Source: Paraspadella gotoi (Eukaryota; Animalia; Chaetognatha). Taken from it: a stretch of DNA of 64,000 bases. Every line of letters begins with the position of its first letter. Position 1 is the first letter of the stretch. This document shows, piece after piece, positions 39,401-50,400 of this stretch. Location: NCBI GenBank assembly GCA_051294375.1, contig CM119265.1, positions 964,089-1,028,088 on the forward strand, written 5' to 3'. The notes under the pieces are model-generated. The model was given only the letters and a program-made list of their open reading frames with translations, had not been told where the DNA came from and did no database searches. Made by a program: the position numbers and the translations under genes.

Positions 39401-42400
39401 GGACAGAGTTGGGATTCGGAAGAATCTTTTCCTTCGTGGAAAGGATCGTCCGCGTCGCCCAAAGAGACGTCGTCTTCGCCGTCGTCGTCGAAGGCTTCGA
39501 CCAAAGGATCAATTCCGTCGTCAACGGCCTCTGAAAGGTCTTCGTCTAGATCCGTACCTGATAAAGCATTTTCTGCACTGGATAAAGCATCTTTTAAACC
39601 AGATAAAGCATTTCCTGCCGATAAAAGAGTTGTGGCTTTTAACAGAGCAGTCACTTCACCTGATAAAGTGATTACTACATCTGATAAGGAAGTTCCTGAA
39701 CGCCAAAATGCAATTGATTCATCTCAAGTTGCTGTTGATTCTACGGCTGCAGATAAAAATATATTTGACTTATCTGAGATGGGAATTCCTGCAATATCTA
39801 CAAACTCTGCACATTGTAATGATATTTCTCTGACAAAGAAAACGTTTGTTGAAATCGAAAAAACGGCTAATGATATGACGGAGGTATTTTCAGAAGCTTC
39901 AAAGGAAATAACGAAATTGCAGGAAGAATCTCTGTTATCGGAAAGGCTAACACCGATTTTGCAACAATCTGAAAAGGAATCGAGCATTGAAAACAATTCA
40001 AATCCAAAAGTTCTTACCTCTAGCAAAGAATCTTCTATAAGTTCGGAAAAGGAATTGATTTGTGACAAATCTCCAAGCAGAGGATCTTTGAAATTAAGCC
40101 ACAATGAATCGTTAGCATCCAGTCAAAGATCCGCAGCAAACGATGAAAAATCAACAGCATTTTACAGCAAATGCGATGCTAATGATGAAAAATATCCACC
40201 ATCGAGTAGCAAATCCGCAGTAACTGGTGATAGATCAACTGTATTTAGCAAAAATTCCACAGCAACTCACGAAGGATCTACTGTATCTAGCAGCCAATCT
40301 GTGGCAACTCATGAAGGATCAACTGTATCTAGCAGCCAATCTGTGGCAACTAATGACGGATCAACTGTATCTAGCAACAAATATGTAGCAACTCGCGAAG
40401 GATCTACAGTATCGAGTTGCAGCGAACTTACGGCATGCAGCGAGGATTCTCTCATCTCCAGTAAGTCTTCATCTCTGCTGAAAGAAGAATTGACGAAGAC
40501 GAAGAATACGACGATGGCGACGATGACGGGAACGACGATGACGGCGACGTCCAAAACCAAGTCACTTCCTTTGATGGGAAAGTCCAGTTTAGCTCTGATG
40601 TTTAACATGTGGAGAAAGAGCGGGGACGGGAGAGAGATGGAGTCATTAGGAAAAAGGGAGATGGAGAGGGATGGAAAGAGGAAGAAGGCGGCAGCGGAGA
40701 ATGAAAAGGAAGCAATTAAAGAAAAGTCCGCAACGCTGCCTGTCACCAAAAAAAGATCTGCTACGATTGCTACACCGAAAGAGAAGTCTGCTACACCGAG
40801 AGACAAGCATGCTACAAAAGAAAAGTCGGCAACTCTGGCTGCGGTCAGACAAAAGTCTGCAACGCTTCCTGCAACGAAATCGAAGGCACAAACGATCGAT
40901 CGATCTGTGGAAGATTCTGACCAAGGTTCTGAATCTGATTCGATCACAACGGAAGATTTTGAAGAAGAAAACTCGGAGACGAAAAAGAAAATCGAAAAAT
41001 ATTTGAAGAAGAAAGAAAAGATGCGTCGTCAGTCAGTCCGAAGTTGCGTCTCCGAATCGGGATTCAAATTTGGCGCCAAAAATAAGATGGAAGAAAACAA
41101 AAGATTTTCCATCTCTGGACTTTTTAATCGTTTGGTCAAATCGTTCAGTAAGGGCGACGTCGGTGGAGAAAGGTGAGGATTTTGTTGGAGCTTTAAGTAT
41201 AAAGACCCTTAGTTTAGTATCCATTGCTTCATAGTTTAATTAAAATAAGTTCTGATCGTTGCGCGCGTATTTATTCTTATTACTTTGTTGATTCGGTCAT
41301 GGTTAAATGAAAATTATAATCTTTTAAATAATTAGTCACCTTAAGATTTTTGTTTACTATTAGTTGAGTTCATATTCGTAATATAAGGTAAATAAAATGC
41401 ATATTTACTCTTCTCCTTTTTCATCCTTTTCCCCCACCCAAAACAGCCCTCTACTCCGCCCCCCAACTCCAGATCCCACGTGCACCGACGCTTGCTGCAA
41501 CAGCTACCCCATGCGGCACGTTCCCCGCGGCTCCGCTGCTGAGTCGGACGGAGCGAAGCCGCTGCGCCGCGGTCGCTTCCTCATCATCAACATCGCCAGC
41601 GCCGCTGGCCGGGCGCTGCGGGAAGGCGCGAGGAAAGACGAGGAGATGATGGTGGAGGCTTGGGGGCAGATGAGGTTCCAGGTGAGGCTTGGGGGCAGAT
41701 GGGATTCCAGGTGAGGCTTGGGGAAGATGGGGTTCCAGGTGAGGCTGGGGAAGATGGGGTTCCAGATGAGGCTGTGGTAAGATGGGGTTCCAGGTGAGGC
41801 TTGGGGGAAGATGGGGTTCCAGGTGAGGCTGGGGGAAGATGGGGTTCCAGATGAGACTGTGGTAAGATGGGGTCCAGGTGAGGCTGGGGAAGATGGGGTT
41901 CCAGTGAGGCTTGGGGGAAGATGGGGTTCCAGGTGAGGCTTGGAGGAAGATGGGGAAAGATTTGGTCACTAGATTTGCTGAGCTTTATATGTATACTATA
42001 CTATACATTGTATAGTTTAGGCGTTTTGGCTGCTGTCAGTGCGAGCGTTAGTTTATCAAATGTTAAATACAGACCCAACCCTTACACGAACTTACTTTTA
42101 TTCCAATCTCAGAGGTCCGCTAACTTATCTATTTATCTTACCCCAGGTCCGCCTCGGTCTCAGCCCCTCCACCCTCTCACGCGACCTCACTTCCCGCGAA
42201 ATCCTCCAAGTGTTGGAGGCGACGGCGACGAAGATCGATGAGGACGACGACGCCTTCGGTTTGATGGTCATGAGTCACGCCTCCGACCACGAGTGCGTTT
42301 TGGGTCAGTATCCGTCCAAGCGGTGGTCTTTGGTCGCATTCTTTAGATCTGTGTTTAATTTTTTTTTCTTTTTAACTCCCTGTAGTTTAGCTTTATTTTT

Positions 42401-43482
42401 CTATAAGAAGCTTAATATTTATAAATTAATGAAATTTTAAAATCATTAATGAATATAATGCTTAAATTTAAATTTTGTTTTGCATTAATTTTAATTCTCA
42501 GGTTCGGACGGTCTCCCAGTTTCCGCTGCTCAAATCGTAGCTTACTTTTCGGCCGAGAGATGTCCTCCACTTAGAGGGAAGCCAAAGATGTTTTTCTTTC
42601 AGGTGAACGAGAAAAAAAATTTAAATGAGCTAAAATTACTTGAATATTCATATTTAACTCTTATTGTTGCATGTTAAAGTTTAACAAAACCAAACTCATA
42701 ACCTCGTCCTTCTTTCCCATTCAGTTAAGCCGCTCCAAAAAGATCATGACGGACCTCCTTCCCTCCCACTCTTCCCCTTCCTCCTCCTCTTCCTCCTCAT
42801 CCGCCACCGCCTCCCGACGTCTTCCTCTTTGCGACGATTCCGTCTTCGTGCAAGCCTTCGTCGACGGCACGCCCCCTTTGAAGTTCGAGGAGACGGGGAG
42901 TTGGTTCGCGCGCGCTCTCGCGGAGACGCTGGACGAGTACGGCGGGAAGGCGGATCTGTTGACCGTGTTGACGAGGGTCAATGGGAAGATTCAGGTGATT
43001 TGGATTTGGGCAATTGGGCATACGTTTTGGGGATAATAAATAATGAATTAGTTCTGTGGTATGATCGGCGGAATTTGTGTGAATTCATGAATGAATTTTT
43101 TAGTGAGATGTAATCTGAATAGTGTTAAACTTAAACTTTAAGTGAAACTATACTCATTTTTAATCAAAACTTATTCACTCTTTCTTCTTGGCCACCCCCC
43201 TTATCCCCACGAAAAACACAGTCCAAAGATCGTCCCCTCCTCCCCGTCCACAAGGAATGGACCCCCGTCTCTCGCTCCTCTTCCTCTTCCTCCTCCCTTC
43301 GCCTCCCCATCGTCGTTTCCCACTTGACGAAAGACTTGTACCTTGACGCGACGGCCATCGCCCCCTGCCGTCTCTCGCAGGCGACGCCGCCGCCAAATCA
43401 GGACATAGTCGACGCGCTGCTTGAGAGTCCGACGAGGAGGAGGAAGGGGCTCAAGCTCTACAGCTTTGATGGAGACTTTTGA
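36491..43482 (+). CDS. Caspase-fold (peptidase C14A-like) protein with a ~1,450-aa low-complexity Ser-rich/charged N-terminus, predicted catalytically inactive; 1,768 aa from Met at 36491
   Basis: Phase-consistent exons (36461)36491-38476, 38876-41172, 41447-41681, 42147-42303, 42502-42602, 42725-42994 and 43222-43482. Caspase motifs: YPM..PRG, RGRFLIIN, REGARKD, DAFGLMVMSHA, LGSDG, FSAERCPPLRGKPKMFFFQ|LSRS, TGSWFARALAETL, DLLTVLTRVN, SHLTKDLYL. Confidence 0.88.
41652..41957 (+). repeat. ~29-bp tandem repeat (about 10 copies) spanning an exon/intron boundary
   Basis: Unit GTGAGGCTTGGGGGAAGATGGGGTTCCAG; the first copy is the last 30 nt of exon 41447-41681. Confidence 0.9.
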
Positions 43483-44424
43483 GAGAGAGAGATGGAGAAA
43501 AGCTGGAGAAGTTGATGGTGTCTGAGTTTGAGAGTCCCGACTCAAAGGGAACTCTATACAAGATGTAGTTTTAAGGGGCTGGCTATGTGAAATTTTTGTG
43601 CATATGCCTCATACAACCAATATAAAAATTATCCATTCATTCAATAAATAAGCTATTTTGCCCCTGACTTAGCACAGGCTATCACATTCACGCTCGTTTT
43701 CGTTCGCTATTGATTGATATAGATCAGAACTACATCAGTGGCGAGTTTGATATAGAAGCCGCAGCGAATTTATTTTTTTAGATTTTACCAATTTTTTTAC
43801 TGTTTGGACGTGTTGTTAATCCAAGTCTAATTTATACTTTGGCGGTTTTTTGCCCCCAAAATCGGTTTGTTTTTTTAGTTTTACTACGATTGGTTTGGTT
43901 TTTGTAGAATAGTATTTTATGGATCAGTATTTTTTATAAACCCAGTTGAACCCTCATACATACTTTTTTATTGGCCCCATTCCCGAAAAATCTGTTTTAA
44001 GTCTTTATTTTGTAACAGGAAAGACAGAATTATACTTTTCAGTTTTTTGTAAAAAAAAAATATATAAATAAATAGCTTTGTTGGTTATCCGGCGGCGTGA
44101 TTATTTAATATTTATTGGTTTTTTACCCGATTTGTTATTTATTTTCCGTTTTTCATGATGTGTTTCGTTGTTGTTTTCTCAGGAAAAAAAATAATTGAAG
44201 AAAAAACTTTTCAGAAGAAACTGGAAACTGGAGGTTTTGTCAAGAAGTAAAACCGCGCGGCTGCCTTATTAGTCTCTCCCCTCCGATTTCAAACTGCAAA
44301 CTGACTTGGGAATCCTGATGGGCCATAGACATCCGCGAGCAGTTCTAAACTCTACTCTTTGATCATTGAAGCCTTTTCCTTTCTTCCTTCTTTTCTTCTC
44401 TCCCTCCCCCCTCTACCGGTCACC

Positions 44425-47400
44425 ATGAACACCATGCAGCAAGCATTGATGGACGAGATTCCCTTCGGGAGTCCGCCTCACAGGGCCGCCGCTCAGAACG
44501 CGAATCACATCAATGGTAAATTATGATAAAATGATGATAATTATGATGATTATGATCAAAGATGCGATGCTTATTAATTATTATTTTCAATTATGATCCA
44601 AGAGGCGATGATGGTAGTTAACCGCTACTTGATCTAATAGTGATGGTATACTAATATTTATTATCGTCATTTAAAGATGCTCGCATTTTGTGATAAATTT
44701 CTGCAAAATGATTCCAGTGTGGCGGTATATTCACTCTGCCTCATATCCGCCATCATTCGGCCAATCCCATGGTTCGGAGGGGGAACGCACCATCCCAAGC
44801 ATTACATTCCATCCATACTGTGGATTAAACAGTCCTAATGACTTACCTCTGCCTTGGCAAGGCGAGACCGTCCTAGGGTAACCTCGCCAGTGGCAGGAGG
44901 TCCCCAAAGCCAACAGTGAGATGCCCCATCCCAATGGGCATCGCAGGCAAACTGATTGTTGCCACAATGGCGTACTAATATTTATTCTCGTCTGGTTAAG
45001 AGACAGTAATTATTATGTGTTAATGACAGAACCGTTCAATACAAGCAGTCCCTGAGCTTTGGATCAGGCTGTAACACCATGTTACAGGCGGGTTAAGCGC
45101 CCCGTCCCTCTTAACTGCCAGACGAGCACCGGGCTAGAACCCCGGACCTTTGGGTTGGGAGGCGATTGACTTGCCTCCGGCACCAATGGCCACATGAACG
45201 GTTGGTGGATTTTAGTCTACCATACTTCCCCCCCCTCCCGTAGGGAGAAGTCTTGTCTTTTCAGTGAATTTTTGTTGTTGATGGAAAGTTCGTCACCAAG
45301 TTGAGGCATGTCGCCTGATGTGTTGTGGGCAGAAAGTGCTAGGTTGAGGCATGTCGCCTGAAAGTGTTGTTGTTGCTGTTGTGTTCGGAAGTCGGGCTCA
45401 CCAATAAAGAGACAGTAATTATTATGTTTATGACAGAACCGTTCAATATAAGCAGTCCCTGAGCTTCGGATCTGGCTGTAACACCGTGTTACAGGCGGGT
45501 TAAGCGCCCCGTCCCTCTTAACTGCCAGGCGACCATCGGGCTAGAACCCTGGACCTTTGGGTTGGGAGGCGAATGACTTGCCTCCGGCACCAATGGCCAC
45601 TGGTGGATTTTAGTCCACCATACTGGTTTATTTTGCTCCCAATTAGTGTTCCGATAACCGTTAACTGTTAACGGTTATTAACGGTTAAAAATAATTTTAA
45701 CTTAACCGTTAATATATTTATTTTAACGGTTAAATTCGGTTAATTTTCAAATGTGATTTTTTTATTTTTTTGGTATGAAATCTTTAAATTTAAAAAAAAA
45801 ACTATTTTTTTTTTGTTCTCTCTTATTCTCCTCTCCCCTTCTTACCATATTTTTACCCATCTCTCTCTTCTCCACTTTTTTCCTGCTTTTTTCCTTTATT
45901 TTTTTTTTCTATCCTAATCTCTCTCTTATTCTTTCTTCCTCTTTATTTATCTCCTATTGTTTCTTTCTTTTTCTCTCTCACTTTTCCCTTTTTTCTTTCT
46001 CCCTTTCTTTTTTCTCCTTTTTTCGCCCCTTGCTTTTACCTTTTTCCTTTTTTTTTGCCCTTCCATGCAATATATATTCAATTTAGCTAAAATTAAATAA
46101 TCCCTCTTATTTTACTTTTTCTCTCTTTTTCTATCCTTCTTTAAAACGATCAAAGAAGCAAATGAAATAAAACCAAATGAATGAAAAAAATTAATAAAAA
46201 ACAAATAAAAAAAATAATTTAAAAAAATTTTAAAATTAATAATAGAAAGAACAAATCTTAAAAAAGACATTAAGGCTAACTAAAACTATCCTTCAATAAT
46301 GATGATATACTTTTTAATTAAACTGAAAAATATATTTATTATTCAATAAATCTTTTGATCAATCGATAAATCAACCAGTCTATCAGTAAATAAAAATTTA
46401 TATTTATATTTATCATCAATGACCATTGGGTCATTAAGGCGTAGTGAAAGTTGCATTCAAAAATTCAAAAAGTCAATTATGAACATACCATCAGTGAACA
46501 TTAATTTGTAAAAAAAAATAATTTTATGTTTTTTAATTTTCGCAGTAGGTTATAAAATCAAAAAATTTCAAAATAGGCTTTTCTTAATTTTGGTTGCAGA
46601 TTTAAATTCCTCGTCAAAAGTTGATAGAAAAAAATATAAATCATTTTTAAAAATTCTTTCATTAAGTGGGTTAAAAATTAAAAAAACTATATTTGATATA
46701 TAAAAAATTTATTTTCAGCTTAAAATATAGCTCTTTCTAATTTTTGACCCTAGAATGATTATATGCTCAAACGAAATTTTTACATTTTTAAGTATAACTT
46801 TCAATGGACAAAACATTTCTTTATGTGGCTCTATACCCAAAAAATTTTTTTTTAATATTTATTTATAAATAGGAAAGGCCAAAATTTTTTTTGATAATTT
46901 TTAAATTTTAAGACCAGATTCAGATAACTCATAAAAAGTTGTCTACACAAAGTATAATTCTTTTTTAAATATTTTCATGATGAGTCAAAAATAAGAAAAA
47001 CCGTAAAAAATCATCATCATCATCATCTTACGATGATTTTATCAGTTTTTTTATTTTTTCACATAGAAAACGTAAGAATTTTTATAAGCTGTAATTATAT
47101 TTCTTATTTAACTTTTAATGCTCTATCAGAATCCATCAAAAAATTTTAAGATTTCTAAAAAAAATTTTATAATATTAAAAAAGACAAGTAATATTTAATG
47201 TATTAATCAAGACGTATAATATAATTTTTTTTGAAAAATGATTGTTTAAATATTTAGTCAAGACAACTAAAAGTACTTTGCTAATAGTCGAAATTGTATA
47301 TTTATCTCTGGAGTTGGTCCCTACTGTTAAAACTAACATTTTTAACGGTGAACCGTTAAGATCGGTTAATTTTATAATTTTATTAAGATTTAAAACAAAC

Positions 47401-50400
47401 TAAAGTATTTAATGATATTTTATTTTAACTCTGGCTCCTGAATGCGCTGATAAAGACTTGAAACAGAGTCGAAACCTGTCTGTTTTTTATGTCAAATAAA
47501 ATTGTAGTTGTAACAAAACAAATATTTTTGCTAATCTCATAACACATTGAAACGAAAGGATACCATCAAATTCTCATTCTATATTTTGTTTTCTTTCTTT
47601 CTTTTGCTTTCTCTTTTTCTTTCTCTACTTCTTCTCTTCCTCATTATTTTTGTAGTTGTTTAGGTTCTTAAACGCTTGTTTTCTGTTGTTAGTCTTTCAT
47701 AAACTATGACCAATAGGAGTAGTAAAATTTCTCATTTAACTTTAATTAAAATCCCATCAACGAGAGGACTGAAGCGATCTTGCCGGGGAGCGAAGGCGGA
47801 CTGGAGGAGCAGCAGGAGAGCGGCAGGAGAGCAGCAGGAGAGAGGGAGGAGATCGAGAGATAGCCCATGGGCTACCCAACGAATAAGACTGAAGGAGAGT
47901 TGGGGGAGCCAATGAGAGGGATCGTGACTTTGAGTTGAGAGAGAAGATCTGTAGAGATTCATTCTGTTCTCCATCGTCCTAGTGTTCATGTCTCGTTCTA
48001 TCCTTCTTTAGTTGTGTAAATAAATACTCTGTTATTTTGACCACATTTGTCTTCACGTTATTGTGGTGGCAGACAAGGACCGTCAGCCCCACCGCCTCCG
48101 ACAAATTCAGCACGCTACCGTAACGGAGAAGTCAATTGCGTTTCTTTTTTTGAAAGAAATAAAACTTTTCGAATAAAAGGTAACACGGTCAACCAAATCG
48201 AAAAATGCCTCAACTACCGTTCATAAAGAAGAATGACGACGACAAAAAGGACGAGAGGAGAGACATCCCGCCGAGCGACTGGAACAGGCCAACGTCTGTT
48301 GATCTCGACGACCTCCCGCCAAAGCCCGGCGCGGAACGGTGGACGAGTAGCAGAGGAGCTGGATAGGTTCCACATTGGAGAAAGGCGCCGAAGCGAATCG
48401 GAAAGAGGCGCGGCCGGCGCACGCCACGCCGGCCACCGTCGACGATGGACCTCTCGAACGACGAAAACCGCGTAATCGGACTGTCTGAGAGCATCAATAA
48501 GGTCTTGAACGGAGGGAAATCGGCTTTTACCTGGGAAACGAACGCCAAGCCACGCGACGACACGCTCTGGCTGGTAAACGACTCCGCAAGGAACATAGCC
48601 GCCTTCGAACGAATGCGACAGCTCCACACAAGAGTAGAACAGGCCGCCGATGTGGCAAACAAGACGGCAGCCGTAGTCCGCAAACTTCGAATCGCGCCTT
48701 CAACCGCCTCGAGGAGTTAATCAAGGAACCCGGCGCGGCAACGCCCAAGAGCCCGCCTCCAGGTTCTCCGTCCTGCCAGGCCGCCTCGCTCCACGCCGTC
48801 CGCTCCGGCGGCGCTGGACGGGAACGACGACGGGACAGCGACGCCTCCGCACGGTGGTTACGCGACATCAAGCTGGACCGCCGACGAAGCGACGAAAAAG
48901 CCGCGCGATTTTTTGCGCGGCATCTACAAAACGCTAAGAACCTGCGGGTTTCGACGAGGAGAAGAAACGAGCAACTAAGGCGCTGCTCGCCCGAGACGAG
49001 CAAGCCAGCGTCTACGTCGACCCGGTGGGCGGCAGGCCTATGGCGCGGCCTGGTCGCATGTGTGAGAGGACGTCGATTGGGGCGCAGAAGTCGCGGACAA
49101 GGTTGTCGTCACCGTGGACCCGGAGGAGCATTCCGAAAGCGGACTAGCACTGGTCAACACGGTCTATAGAAAATCGACCGCGTCGCGGAGGACGAACGAC
49201 CGTGCGATCGCCAGACACGTCGAGGCTTCTCACAAGCGCTGGAACCGTCAGCACCAGGGATAACGTCTAACGATGACGTTTCCGCGCTCATTGCGGAAGG
49301 GACGCGCCGAGACTCGCAGCGAATCGAGTGGATCTACGTGGCTACGTTGACGCGCGCGGAGGACAGCGCACTGCCGCGCGCAGATTTCATCAACCGGTGA
49401 AGGAGGCGACCGTCAGATACTTCACCGACTCACTGCTTCAAAAAGGGACTCTCGGACAAAAACCCGGGAGAAAGCGCAAACGCCCTCTACCAGGGAACAA
49501 TTGCTCAGGAAAACAACAACCAAGAGAGTTTGCTGGAGAAGTTGTAAAGTCAGTAAACGAGCTGAGAAGGCGGCGCCGCCAGCCCCCAACCACGACGAAG
49601 ATGGCGCGGCTGCGACCAGAGGAGAGAACACTGGAGAACCAGAGGCTCTGCCGCGAACAGGATGGCCGCGGCCCGACGAAAAGGCGCAGGGAAATGGGGG
49701 AGAGAGAAGGGGCGTTTCCCGCGAAAATAGATACAACAAATTTGATGTAAAACGCAGAGATTGCCAGATTTGAAGATTGTGAGGAGAAAGTTTGTTTGAT
49801 GGTGAAATAAAGAAACCTGAAATATATTCAAAATCTTTTTCGAAGAAGACCCGAGCAGTGAGCAGAAACAAAAAAGCTAGCCAGGAGGGGAAAAAAGGAT
49901 TAAAGGACATGGCGGGGGAAATACAAACCAGGCCCGCCCACGAGAAGACTAACAGAATTCACCGATATCGCGATGTCATTTAAAGAAAATCTGCCGCAGG
50001 CAGACTGCACAAGTTGTTTAAACGCTAAACGCCAGAGATAGGTCATCTCTCGCGGATGTCGATGTTAAAGGGCAGCAAGGAGATGCGACACTGGAAGGCG
50101 TAGAGAAAGAGGCATTAACAAAAAGGCTAGGATTTGTGAAAATTATGCCGAGAGCGAATAAGGAAGCCGGACAGAGAAGGAGACGGAGAACTGGAAAAAT
50201 GGTGAAACAGAGGAAAGGACGAAGTGGCACAGCCACAAAAGAATGAGAAGTGGAACAGGCTAGACAAGTACACGCGAAGGGGAGAAGGTGGTCTATAACC
50301 CACTTACCGGTGGTCGGAAACCCCGAAGGCGAGTCAATGCACATGGCGACGATCAGAAGGGTTGAAGCGATCCACGAGCAGAAACTTCGAACTGCCGCAC

